NCBI RefSeq assembly: GCF_964204645.1
Contig: NC_134027.1
Span: forward strand, 11,998,485-12,062,484
DNA length: 64,000 nt
DNA from: Tubulanus polymorphus
Taxonomy: Eukaryota > Animalia > Nemertea
Reading direction: 5' to 3'
Positions 50,901-64,000 of the stretch are shown here, piece after piece; position 1 is the stretch's first letter, and each line of letters begins with the position of its first letter. Position numbers and translations under genes: made by a program. The notes below the pieces were generated by a model, which saw only the letters and a list, made by a program, of their open reading frames with translations, ran no database searches and was not told where the DNA came from.

Positions 50901-53900
50901 CATTTCAGTTGAATTCGAAACAAATATTTTCCAATTAGTTACATTTTCGAAGAAATTTGTATGTCTACCCTGGTATTCAGTGAGGGTCAATCTCATTTCG
51001 ATTCGATGACTTTACGGATAATATACGGATTTGGAAAAGTCCAGTTCAAATTTCACTAGATATGAACTAATTTTCACAACGAATGATTTAGTCATCATCG
51101 CCCTAACCGAGCCAGTGACCATCTGGTGTAGACTGCCGGTACCCCTTGGTCAAAACCGCCATCACCTGTAATCGTTCCCCACCAGTTATTACGTGAGTTT
51201 GTAGAAGTAGTTAAACGAGCTCCGGAGATCCACGGCATTCTTTCTTCTATACTATCATCTCCATAGTTCCAGTCATCAAATTTCCTAATCAGCCTCACCT
51301 TTATCTGCTGATTGTTTTTCGATAAAAACGTATAATCACGAGGCGCCTGCCAAATACCGCCCCATCGACCTAATTATTCATAAATTAAACATATAGTGCA
51401 TTCAAATAAACACGCAATGTATAGTTCTAAAATGGATGATACTGTGCCAGTGCCAGTCATTGAAGATAAAGATTAAGACCCTCAGAGATATAATTTTTCC
51501 GGTTAATAAGTCATAGAATGAATGAGCCATAATTGATGAAGAGTACAAAATGGAACCTATGAAAATAAACGGTTTATTTTGAGAAGGAAGTACCGCAATA
51601 TAAAATGCATTAGATGGGGAGTAACCATAACCATGCATAATGATGAAAGACGGAATAAAAATAACCAAATACTACAGTTAGTATTCATCTAATCAAATTA
51701 TATATAATCAAATAAAAACGAGCATAAGAGAATGGAGCAATACATGTATTTAAAAGAAATGTAAGAGCTATACTAAGACTGAGAAATATTTTGGGTGGTT
51801 GCTACCACCCTTTTTCAGTCTAAAATGATACGTCAAATGAATACACGGCAAATATAGAATAAGACACGAATCACTGCACATAGTTGTTGATGGAGTTGAT
51901 TGAGGACTGAAACCTTTGCCAAGGTTGACTGAGCGATCTGAGTACAAATCAAAGCGAATTCCACTATTATATGTCTTTTTGAAAAAAAATGATTATAGCT
52001 CAAGGGAATTTAAAATTCTTCAAAGAATGGAGGACTACTTCACTTTCCAGTCTAAACCAATTAAAAACATCCTATTTGTGCCCGAATTCGATCATTGAGA
52101 TTCCTTCCTGGTTACTCAATATAAAAGAAGATTACAATCAGAACAATTGATTTTGTGGACTCCGCAATGGACACCGCGGTTCAGATTGTTATACGAACAT
52201 AATTAGAAATTCTGTTGTTATAGATTACTTGGGAAATTAAATCGGTATTTAAGTGACGAAAAGCATGGTTAAATTTATCAAGGCAAGGAAGAAAAGGAAC
52301 TATAATTTCATTTTTAGGTTTAGGTAATGATAACGAGGTAGCGAAGGGGAGAAAAATAATTTTCTGGTTTTTTTGAAATGTGGTATTCAACCACCCGGAT
52401 CCAGTTGCACAGTCACGAGTTAGAGTTAGCTCAGAGTTAAAGTTAGTTCGTTTTCAATGAGTTAACTCCGAGTCAAATCTTAACTCAGAACTGTAGAACT
52501 GGGTCCCGAAGTATATCAAGTATTTCAAAAATTAGAAAATCAAAATTTTAACGTTTCAACAATTTGAGGGATTTTACATCCATTGTTTCATCACGGATAA
52601 TGTCGTCTCACTGATTCATCAACATTGCATTTTATTAGAGGTTAGGCCATGTTATAATATGCCCAAGCGCCGTGGCGCTGTGACAAAATAATAGAAGTTC
52701 TTTGATTTTGAATCGGTACCTAATGTTTGTGCTTCCAACCTATATTCAAAATAAGCGCCTGTGACATTGGCATTATTCTTGATATCATCAGCATATCCCA
52801 AAATTGAATAGTCGTGATTGAGCCGCGGTTGTTGTACATTAACCGATAAAATCGTGTTGTTCGTCCACGCATTGGTGTGACTCGAAACCAATAAGGTCCA
52901 TCCACCTCCGTCTCGTGACATATCACAGTATGTTTTAATTGGTACCTCCGATTCTCTCGGCCGGATATTATAGACGCCGTCCATGTATTGGACACCAGTG
53001 GATTCACCAATGAATTGTAGATCGCGACACGAAAAAGCAACTGTTACGAATAAAACAAATATAGAAATGATTCTTAAGTCTATAGCCGCGATCACACGAG
53101 CATTTTTGGCCCGGGTCAAATTTGGCCCGGAACAACTGTTCTCACGGGTGCCAAATGGGCCCGAGCTTGTTTGGCCCGGCACAAATTTGGCCCGACCGGA
53201 CAATATATTCCGTGATTTTGTGCATGTCTTAATTGAATAGAACAACACATATCTACAACTTACGTGGACAGGCTTGTTGATTACAAGGTTCTGTTTGTTT
53301 CTGTTCCCCAACGCAATCAGCTCCGCCATGTTTAGCCACTGGATTATTGCAAAATCGATGTCTAGAATGGGTTCCTCCATCACAACTGCGATTACAATTC
53401 GTCCAATCACTCCAAGTACCCCAACCACCATCTACGGGCCCATTTGCTAGCATAGAATATATGAAGTGTATGTCATTCATTGTATTCGTAAACGTGACAT
53501 ACCGTCTATCTAATTAGCAGATGATATTACAAGTATATGTATGATAGTCTAGAATGAAGCGAAAGATGCCTACTTGTGTTTGGCTCGTTCAATACGAAAG
53601 ATTGGCATTCATTTTGAATACACATCTGTAAGTAAATGCAACATGTACCTATACATTTCAGCTAAACGGGTGCATAGAAAAATGTAGAAAAGCCACTTGA
53701 ATGAGGGATGTTAAACAGTCACACAAAACGTCATCGACACATCTGCATTGTAGTTTACAACTAGCAGTTAGAAGCAATAAAGAAGTGTCCAGTTTCTTGG
53801 CGCCATTTTGTGGCGGTCCCTCGAGGTCCCCATTGTCGCGCTAATTTGCGCTCATTTTTAAAACATAAGTTTTGATTGAATGTCATATAGCTCTACAGCC

Positions 53901-56900
53901 CCTTGCTTGATAAACTTCATTTATAGACCATTTTCAAGGGAATGGAATGCAGATATTTGCCGGTGATTCTTTGATTCTCTTTGATGTGAAACCAAGGACC
54001 GCATATTTTAACCGCGCGTCAAAAAATTTGCGATTTTTATTAATTTTGAAATATCTAAGTGGTTTCTTAGTGGTTTCAAGAAATTTTTAAATGCCATTTA
54101 ATTTCTTCACATTTTCCATGAGATTATAATCCCAATCTTGTTTGGAAAATATTTGGAGGCAGCATTCGTTTAAGCTTGCTTTCGGGATCCGGTTTTTCCC
54201 GCTATTGAAGTTTGAACGGCGCAGTCCGTCCAGCCTAGCGCCGATTTTGTGTTTGGTGAAATCACGGACTCTAAAACGTTTTGGGGTCGATGGTTAAATG
54301 GTGGCCATCAATTTAAACCGCTTATGACATGTTAAAAACACAAGTCTCTCTCGTAATCCCTCATTATGGGATCATACGATGAATTTACTGAATCTCGACC
54401 TTCTTGCTGGAAAACGTGACCAGAAAACCTTACTGATATCAAATTCCAATTATCATGAATATCATATCTGTCCCCCATTTAATATTCTGTTTTACAGGGT
54501 CAATATCCATTTATGCAACTGAACTGAACCACATATTCAAAAACATATCAAAACCTTGATTTTGTTCTATAGTCTCCAACCATGAGCGATACATTCTGTT
54601 CAAATGTAAATATAGGCTCTCAACTAAGTCACCTTAACAATCAGCACAGGAAAGTCTTCTTTCTTTCAAGAAATCCTTTAATTTCCCGACGCTACAAAAC
54701 TCGTACTCCTCAAAGCACTCAAAGTCCGTTTTCAACCATACGAAAATAAAGGTAACGTATAACCTTAAGAATCAATATTGATAACTAGAAACAAGTATGA
54801 AATCGTATTTTTGCCATTTCCTTTCCCAAATCTCAATGTTCAGTGAAATGGCGGTGCGCAGTGAGTGACCCCTTTGGCGCGTAATCTCAAACTCCAGCGA
54901 ATACAGATTAGTCGTCAGGAAATATATTTAAACCCACTTTAATACAGCTGCTTCTCTCCTATTATTCCTAAAGGCAGCAAATTTGATAATGACAAATTAT
55001 TGCAAATAATATATAACCCATGGATTGACACCTAGTGAAAAGTTATAACATTTACTTAATGACAGCCGACGTATTGTGGGTGATGCCTAACTTAAATATA
55101 CACCAGTGTTATAATCATATCCAAAGTGACCATGGTGTCCCTGGACCCCTAGTTACAAGAAAAATCCCCAAATACACAAACCTCCATGTCACATTTCACC
55201 TATATGTATATATTACTACATTATCCATTTTCCACCAGGCGCCAATATTTTCTTCGTAAGTATTTTCCTTGTCATTGTATTCTTGTTATCTCTATCTATT
55301 AGGGTTATTTTACTATAGTGCAAAATTGAAAGATTTCTTATGAATTATTTACTTTATTTGGTCCGCATTTAGTGCCTTCAACTACCATTCCCGTTCCTAT
55401 ACTATCGTTGTGCTTCAGTACCGCAGTGCTTAAATAAAGATAGATGTGCCAAATAAAGACCGTATTTTCATCCAGAATTCAAAATTAAACTAACGGGTAA
55501 TACCTGCAATGCTCCTCGTCCACAGTCTGATCACCGTAAGTCCAACCTATATCTATATTGGGTTTAGGATATGGTGCATTGCACTGTAACTGCCCACATA
55601 ATACATTTCTGAAATTAAGGTAATGTAAGATAACACAATATGTAATATATACGTACGTACGTACATACGTACATGTACGTACGTACATGTACATACATGT
55701 ATGTACGTACGTACGTGCGTACATACATACATGTATGTACAACGTACGTACGCACGCACGCACGCACACACAGACACACACATACATACATACATACATA
55801 TATATATATATATACGTACTCTTCACTGCAACTTGTATTGCGGCCGGCCTCGCATGTACCCTTGCCGTCCGAACCCATGTTAAATTCATCGTAGCACGAT
55901 TTTGCACCGTCCTGCGCTTCTGCAATTTTTTGAGATATAAAAAAAATCAGAACAGGAATTAATGTTGTATGTATGATTTACGAAAATGAGAACTCACTTG
56001 GGCCCCAGATCTCCTGACACTGATTAGATCGTGGTTTTGGACATTTTCCATCAAAGCAGTAAGACTACAAATCAAATCAACACATATCCACATATCATCA
56101 TTATAGATAAATGTTTTATTTGACAATGATAATGGCGTAAATACCGTTGAATCTTCTAATCCACTTTCTGCAAACAATGTCCAGTGAAGACCATTAGTAG
56201 TGTACTCAATATAGAAAGTTTCAACCCAATTGTACCATGTCCCTCGTCCTTGAACACTTATTGCACTAAGGGCGGTAAGCTATATAATCAACAAAGACAA
56301 CAAACCAACGATAATGATCGTCGAATCTATCTGTCGATGGAAATCGTTAGATAAATGCGTTTACAACATAGAAATGAAAAGATCAGAGTTTATTGAAAAG
56401 ACTGGGCAATTTACCTGACCAAAATCTACCTCAATCCATTGATTTGCGTTACTACTGGCTTGTTTTGATTGCCAGGATGAATCTCCCCTTAAACGGGCCT
56501 TGCTAGGTTTAAACTGATCTGACCAATAGGAACTAGCTGTAATCTGCGAATCTAAAATACGACCATCTTCCATGCCTAACGGATATGTACAATCTAAAAA
56601 CATAAAACAAAGAAACTATACGGGATAACATTTTGGTATGAAAATAGTCTCTAACGAAAAAAACACGAATTTGTGTTTTTTATTTGCCTTGTTCCATAAA
56701 ATTGAACGCGTGTATATCTTTCGAACAATCGTTCCATAAAACCATATAAGCGTTTTCTCTTGGATATCCATAATTTGCGTGAATACATCTTCCCGATAAT
56801 ACATGCTTTATATTCAATATGTCTGAAAACAGATTTTTATACGAAATCATGAAACACAGTCTTACATGACGGATCTAGTCTTGATCTAGATTCTAGAAAG

Positions 56901-59900
56901 TACATTCGGAAGCGTCCTGGGGACTTCATTTATGAGTAATACAAATCTAATTTCTAGATGAGATATATCTCAACATCAAATCATATACGATAAAAAAATA
57001 GTCTTGACGATTTTATGTCGAGTTATTATTTCTCAACTTCAAATTTATTCATTTTTTTTCAATTCGTGAAATCCAAAACTTGAAATATGAATTTGATTTT
57101 TCGACCTGATCTGAAAGCCCACATACCTATTTACCAAAATACGACGGGCCTGAATTTTGAAAATTTAGGTACATTTTTATACAATTTTAGTGCATATATT
57201 ACTGCTTTAAGAAGTACTGTGGACTCTTGTCATACATCAATGTAACGTGAAATTTTTCAAAATTTGATTTTCAAAAAGGCACTTGGTCAGAAAGGGGGTC
57301 AAACCACCCGAACCCCCTCTAAATCCGCGCCTGTTTTGATCCACCAATCAGTCTATTGTGCTTGACATCGGATTTTCAATTAGTCGCACCTGTTCTGACA
57401 AACATAGACATTTCATCGGTGCAGGATGAACTGACAATTATGTTCGCACTATTATTCCGATGTTCAGGGCAGACATTTAACCCCGAACAGTGATGTTTTA
57501 TCACGCCAGTGTCGGATATAGTAAACTTCATATGCTCTTCATCACATTTCGATCCTTCTCTGTAAAATATACGGGAATTCTCTATCGACGCGACGTCACA
57601 GGTGGCAACTTCCGGGACCAAACAGAATTTATTGTTGGATTGCAGAGGGGTAGGAGTCTGGGATGTTACTGCAAGGTAAAATCAATACTAGTATAAATCC
57701 TCACTTAGAGGAATGCCACCAAAAGAATAGAAATCGACAACATTCCTACGTACTCTCATTTTCGCTGCAGCCGTGGAATTCTAATCTCATAGCCACATTC
57801 AAATTGAAGGTAAGTGGATGAATTCTGATCGCCTTCACTTCAATTTTAGGGTTTAATTTCACATTCACAATGGAATAATAATTCGTATTTGCCTCAAAAA
57901 TCTGTAAGTGCGTAAACGATCTAGTTACACGCATGTTTGACTTCATTTGATATATTTGATATCGTCAGGTTTATACATAAATAACTATACATAATTCATG
58001 GAAAATAATGTATCAATGTTTTATGCTAGAGAGGAATTAGCCGAAAAGCCAAAAAAAGTTTACTTGAACTAGTCCACATCTCTCGTCCATTCACTCTCGC
58101 ATAATGTTCACATTCACATTTATTGACTGATTCAAACAAAACTCCTTACCTGTATAGAGCTGTTACACGGGAAGCCGTTTGGTTTATATCTATTTTCAGG
58201 ACACTACAACAAGAGAATTGCATTTACGGATATGGAGTTAATTTCTGCACTGAATACAACAATCAAGTGTATCTGCAGTTTCCATTGAAAGTATTTTTAC
58301 GCTTTTGTTCGATTAAAATTCCTACCATTAATAAATACATTAGATACCACCTAATGTCCCTGATTTTAGGGTTTATTATACGGTTATACATACGGTAGCC
58401 GATTCTCCAGTGCAAAATTCAGGTTCGTCACATGATGTCTCTCCTGGGCGACACAAAGTTCCGTGTCTGGAAAACTAATATATGATGATTCATCAGATAT
58501 TAATCCACTCAAAACAAAACAACGATTCATTTAAAAACACAATTGAGATTAGCGAATGAGAATACCAACGATGCTAGAATTCGTGATACAATGTATACAG
58601 AAATACAATAAGACATAACCAGTCCCGGTGCACGGAGAGGTAGAATTTTAGAAAGACGTTTGTTGAGAATCCATGTTCTAATCAATTTTTTTTCGTCCAG
58701 CATTATTATCTACATTATCGCGAAGTTTTGTCATTTTCTTACCAGACAGTTGTTACAACATCCATCCAGATTACTACACTGTGTATGCGCCTTCAATCTG
58801 CACGTAAATCGGTCACAGCACGGATCCAATGTATCACAGTTCTAAAATTTAGGAAAAAACCATGTCCACATTCACGCCACGTCCGTAGCCAAATTCACAG
58901 TTTGAAGATACTGGTTAATCGATCTGGATAAAATGGCAATTAGTGAAAAGTGACTCACCTCGGCGCTACCACAATCACATTCCTCGTTTCCCTCTCTGAC
59001 TGCATTGCCACAAACTGGATTCATCGTCTGAAATTTGTGAAAATAGATTTCCTAATGATTTGCAAACACAATTTAATCTATCGCATAGATGTACTGTACA
59101 TAGCAAACTTTATGCAGTGACTCATTTGAGTTCACAAAATTAAGTACCGGGTCGCGTTGAAATTATGACGCTTTTTCAATCACTTGGAGAGTGCGGATGC
59201 GCCGCGCGGAATTCCACCGAAACATCATATAATGATCCGTGATTCCTTGATATGGCCGTCTAAACTTTCGATCTATTGATTTATTTTCTTCGTTTCTCCC
59301 ATTTGATTTCTACTGAATATAATTGTCACTCCTTTTTTGTTTCTCTAGTCCTTCCAACTTTTTATGTAGAAAATATTCGAATAATAAAATTTCATTTTCA
59401 TTTTTTGCCTGTTCCTTTCCATTTCAAAATATATAGTAAAGGTTTAAAAAGAATCTTGCCCTTCCATTTTCTTTCTTACACGTAAAAATTCCAAGTAATG
59501 ACGGAAAGGCCTTATCATCGAAAATGTTCAACCAAGTACCTGCGTTGGTAAGTTGTATAGACATTTATCATTTGTATTAGAGAGTGCAATCAAACTACAA
59601 TTTGAGAATCCAGGCAGCCTTGTTCTGAAAGACAACATATTATTGTCAAGTCTACTTATAATTTTGTTATGTCATTCAAGTAATGTAAAACTATGACTTG
59701 ATAAACAATATCAATATCATGCAACCGATGACGAAATTGATCATGATTTTTCACTTAGAGTGTATCGCCATACCAATGTTCAACACTTAAATGCTAGTTT
59801 TCACGAGAGGTTATAATATCTGACAGCAATTTTCTGCTGAAAATTACTGACTGGAAATCGTCAAAATTGGCCTGTGTTCACACTGAAAAGGTGATTAAAG

Positions 59901-60702
59901 AAACCTATTTATATTTACTTGTGTCCTCCCATAATACAACCTCTGGCTGTCAAACATGTGCAGCTCCCTGGAAAATAAAACGTACACATGTATTATCAAA
60001 AAAGTGCAGTGAAATTGTATCGTGGCTACATGGAAAATGATTGCCAATTATACTCTAAGAGAATACAAGCTTCGAATAATAGATACAAAGCAACGATAAA
60101 AGTTATTGCAAAATGGCTTATTTTGTCAACTCTAATTTTCTCTAACTCTAACTTCCTAAATAATTAGACTTGTAGAAAAGATATATTATCTAGATACCAA
60201 TTTTGGAAATTATATATAAAGAAGTAGATATAAGAAGTTTAACTGAGACACAGGTATTTTACTGGTGTTCCCTAGCAGAAAGAATATGAACTTATCGCAT
60301 AGGGCATGTATTTTTTCTGATAAAAGTACATGTGTACCATGTTTTATCTATAATCGGTCTATTGATTCACGTCATCTGTAATATTTGTAGAGCTGAACGC
60401 ATTGTGGATATACCATGAGGATTTGTTCAGAATTGTGCAAGAAATCGATATCATTTAAGTTTATTGTGTGGGAGAAAAGAAATAAACGAAACAAGGGAAT
60501 TACAAAAGAATTTCTGCAGAAGTGCAGAAACTGTACATTATTCATAGTTTCACACATGCTGGGTCTCCGTGGAGAAAAAGCTGAATCAAAATCGATGCTG
60601 AGCTTTTCGCAAATTCTTACCACTGTCATGATTAAATCCGAAGTTGTGCCCCATTTCGTGTGCAACAACCACATATGGACCAATTATTGAACTCTTGTCC
60701 CA
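47915..60702 (-). CDS. Mosaic ADAM/reprolysin metalloprotease (5' end not found): M12B - disintegrin - permuted F5/8C + ricin-like - Cys-rich - TSP1 - three fibrinogen-related repeats
   Basis: Exons give HEMGHNFGFNHD (60702-60621), CIMGG Met-turn, CGNAVREGNEECDCG, CDEPEFCTGES, CPENRYKPNGFPC, SYCFDGKC, CGQLQC, GTKCGPNK, DGGWGTWSDW and CDMSRDGGGWTL repeats; splice phases were checked and are compatible from 58475 to 47915. Confidence 0.85.
48938..49250. mobile_element. Small MITE in ADAM gene intron
   Basis: gtggcggatttagg ... cctagatccgcccttg inverted termini. Confidence 0.55.
53085..53215. repeat. Small palindromic MITE remnant in intron
   Basis: Repeated tttggcccgg / aaatttggccc motifs. 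Confidence 0.45.
53775..54930 (+). mobile_element. Diverged, truncated second copy of the 45390-47146 foldback element
   Basis: Same left TIR and internal sequence; the right TIR is only partly present. Confidence 0.82.
55645..55818. repeat. Compound microsatellite (TACG/TACA/CACG/CA/TA) in intron
   Basis: Directly visible. Confidence 0.95.
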
Positions 60703-61244
60703 CTAGAAAAATAATAATAGCATGCATATTTTCAGTACATGTTTAGGTATCACTTTCACACCAATGGTTTTTTCATAATCTCGGGTCCATTTCAATGATA
60801 GAATGACTTAGGTGTGATATCATAATTTGCCAATCCGATATCCCGTTTACTTAAGCCCGGGTTTTTCCATTTAGAGTTTGCCGTAAAATTTGCCTCAGTG
60901 ATTATACAAGGGGCGATCTGATTGGTGCCGCAGTCTCAAATGTTTTGTGACTTTCTCAAAATGTATCAAAAATTTAAGTAATTTTTAGTTCATAATTCTT
61001 CAAATATTCATAAATGAACAGTTAAAAATTGTTGAAACATGTCGATTCAGCCGTAAAATCAACCCATTCACAGTCCCGAATGTGGGATAATGTCGGGCTT
61101 TAGAGAACATAATGCCCCCGAGGTCTTCACATTTAAAGATAAGATTATGTAAGCGTGTCGCGCGTTACACCGGATAGGCACACAATAGAAATATGAGCCG
61201 CACGTTCATTGATCATCACCAATTAAGAGGACCGCTATTATGAA

Positions 61245-61490
61245 AATTGACTGCGGGAGGAATATTCCTCCCAAAGTCAATCGATGGAAACTTGACCAAG
61301 GGGTCTGATATTCAAACAATTGACTTTGGGAGGAATATTCCTCCCAAGGTCAAACGAAGAGAATTTGACTTTCAGCTCTGATATTCAAAGTATCGACTTC
61401 GGGAGGAATATTCCTCCGACTGTCAAACGAAGGAAAATGGACCTAGGTCTGATAATCGAAATATTGACTTTGGGATGAATATTCGTCCAA
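61245..61490. repeat. Tandem repeat (~72 bp) with palindromic core ggaggaatattcctcc
   Basis: Core recurs at ~61256, ~61329, ~61401 and, degenerate, ~61472. Confidence 0.8.
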
Positions 61491-63299
61491 ACCTCTAACG
61501 CTAAAAACCTGAGCTTTTAGAATGATAGGTCTACATAAATGATATTGATGTAATTGTTTTTAATAAATAGTATACTATAGCGACGAAACCAGACATATTT
61601 AGGCAATTTGATTGTTAATATACACTGTATTTGAGGGTCTGCGACAAATAATTTTAGAAAGTTAAATAGCTGTAGTACAGGTTCTAATAATGAGCCTAAT
61701 ATAGTCTTCACATCGCAATCAGTTGTTAGAATGCATATTCCTTTTTCTTGTTTTGATCTGAGACGACTAGTTAAATTTTTTTCTTGATTGATTCACGCTG
61801 GGAGGTCTACATCAAATTATATTGTTGATCAAATCAATTATGTTTCAACTGCGAATTCACATTTGATATTGATATTAATAATCAATATTACTCATCATTA
61901 TATAGCGCACTGCTGCAAATTGTAACCAGTGTGCTTTTCATGGGTATAAAATTAACACAAGTTGAAGAAATCGAATTTGAAATACGTGGATAATAAAAAA
62001 ATAAGTTGAAGGTAGGGCGGAGAGATCTGACGAAAAGAAACAACAAACGATATGGGCGCCAAATTGACCCATGCCTAATTGCCCGACCAAATAGTCCGAC
62101 CAGACCTGAGTCCAATTAAGCCGAGTCAAATTAGAGCGTGTTAATTTAAACTGGTTCTGGAAGTCAGTCACTTCGCTTTGCTTAAGTATGGACTCGTTTT
62201 AGAGTCTCTTCAATCATTGTTTAGTATCGAATGAATGGGTTTGCATTTGAATGTGAAATAAATTTGAACATGAAAATCAGCGCGCTCTTTGGTAAGCAAT
62301 GAAAACAATTAAAGTCGGACCCTGATTCGAGCCAATTTGTTTGCAAATTAGCCATTGTCCTAGTTTTAACTTCTGATTTGTACCCTGTATAGGCCGGTTT
62401 ATATATCTGTTTGTACTCTTTCATAGAAATTCGACAGATATCAAATGGCATCTTTGATTACAGACACTGTTGACCGATACACACCAATATGTCCATCCAT
62501 CCGACAGCTACGTTTTACAACTAGAAGTGCATAAAATCAGATTCCTAATGATATTACATGTATTACTATTAAGAAAAAGCTATTAATTATGAATAAATTC
62601 AAAAAGAATTGAGAAAATATCTTGCTTTGAATGGCTTTTAATTAAATATTGGAAAGGGCGATTTTGAAGGGGGAATTTTATCTGCGGTGTCACTGCATAT
62701 CGAGTAATCAAGAAGCACAAACTCCCTAAGGTGATAAAGTGTTTTAAGCAGATCTTTTCCGATTGGGATCCCAATATATGAATTGCACATGGAACTATTA
62801 TGTATAAACACCTCTCACAATTTACGTAATGACTGAGTGGTTCCTTTTGCACAAGCTATATTACACCATGATGAAAAGCCTTTTATAGTTTAGAGTTGGA
62901 TTTCTCGATGTATAAATGCAAGGAGGGTCAGAAGCTTTATGCTCAATAACAATCGGTTCCTATAAATGTTTACTATGGATTTCAAAATAAAAGAAAAATC
63001 TACGTTTAAATGAGATATCTGTTTCATTACTCGTGATATATCGAGGAATCTCTGCAATAAAATTTGACGATTTCAAAATTATTACAAAATGAGCAAACTT
63101 TGTGATATCTGCTAACAGTATAAATTCAAGCGTATATGCGGATTTGCGTGATATGTAATAAATATCGTAGCGAATAATCAAAGTGAGAAAAGTATCTACC
63201 GTAGCTAGAGATAATAATGAGTCCCATATCCAGAATATCTGAACCAAAATATCTCCCTCAAAAAACCTTCAACCATTCAAAAAACATAGGAATATGGTT

Positions 63300-63390
63300 G
63301 TAGGTAAAAATCTCCCTGGTAAAAATCCCCTAGGTAAATATCCCCTGTTTAAAAACCCAAAATATTCAAAGTAGGTAAAAATCCCCACTC
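63300..63390. repeat. Short tandem ggtaaaaatcccc repeats (possible MITE arm; inverted motif near 63975)
   Basis: ggtaaaaa(a)tc(t)ccc repeated four times; ggggatttttacc at ~63975. Confidence 0.5.
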
Positions 63391-64000
63391 GGTGATTTTC
63401 AAAGACATTTCAAAGCAAAATGTTTCTCCAATTTTATTAATTTGCTATGAGACTGAAATATGTTAGAACTGTGCAATGAAATCTTTCGTTGCGATAAATT
63501 CATAAGTAAAACTCTTAGCATAAAATAAATTGTTAGAATTGATAACAATAATAAATTTTTATTTGTAATATCTAAAGATTCGAACAGGAGTATTTTTGAA
63601 CTGCGGACTCTTGTTAACTGTGGTATATTTCAGCTGTGCGATGCCAAAAATTATTAGAAATAATGTTCTTTTGATTTGAAATATTTTAGATTCAAGCTAG
63701 TGTAATATATTTGAAATGTGCGATGAACCCTTTCATTAAGCTATGCGATCACTTTATTTACCAATTTAGTAGTAATGAACAATGTTAATTTTGTAGTATG
63801 TTTTAATCAAATAGTATATACTATAGTTTGTATACTCATGATATCATTATGGTGTTTCACAGTAAAATATGAATTAATTGGATATATGTATCAATAATAT
63901 GAATTAATTGACCTTAAGATTGTATCTACAATCCATTCATAAGGAGGGCGATTTCTACCTACACTAAAGAATCGGGGATTTTTACCGAGAGGATTTTAAC

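Noticed and set aside
52652-53431. 259-aa ORF as an independent gene
   Set aside because: Read-through of an out-of-frame TSP1 exon, an intron with a MITE, and the in-frame fibrinogen-like exon.
55485-55962. Cluster of overlapping ORFs
   Set aside because: Caused by a stop-free compound microsatellite in an intron between real ADAM exons.
61245-61490. Palindromic repeats with spacers, CRISPR-like
   Set aside because: Intervening segments resemble one another; only four units; no cas genes.
60703-64000. Upstream exons (prodomain, N-terminal M12B) of the ADAM gene
   Set aside because: No convincing exon recognised by eye; they are probably outside the window or too short to call.

Overview
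AT-rich metazoan (probably marine invertebrate) genomic window with spliced genes and many repeats. Host genes: a PCTP/START-domain gene containing a U12-type intron (14.5-17.7 kb, +); an intronless rhodopsin-family peptide GPCR (21.8-22.9 kb, -); a NUBP1/Nbp35-like Fe-S assembly ATPase (37-42.9 kb, +); and the 3' part of a large mosaic ADAM-type metalloprotease gene (60.7-47.9 kb, -). Three things stand out. (1) A young LTR element (8508-14024) has 402-bp near-identical LTRs with non-canonical TTTA...TAAA ends, a 4-bp TSD and a tRNA-Ala-type PBS. It has no pol gene but carries, antisense, an L1/Tx1-type ORF1 plus an endonuclease-only ORF2. (2) A decayed ~10.4-kb endogenous Polinton/adintovirus-like virus (about 23.5-33.9 kb) encodes pPolB, capsid-like and membrane proteins. 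A ~530-bp module of imperfect hairpin plus small gene occurs twice in inverted orientation, and viral sequence continues beyond the left hairpin, which suggests a circular, concatemeric or segmented origin. (3) Within the ADAM gene, a four-exon phase-0 cassette encodes a circularly permuted F5/8C (discoidin) domain wrapped around a ricin-like segment, inserted between the disintegrin and Cys-rich domains. MITEs, Helentron-like repeats, SINE remnants and satellites fill the rest. All calls are by eye; no database searches were run.
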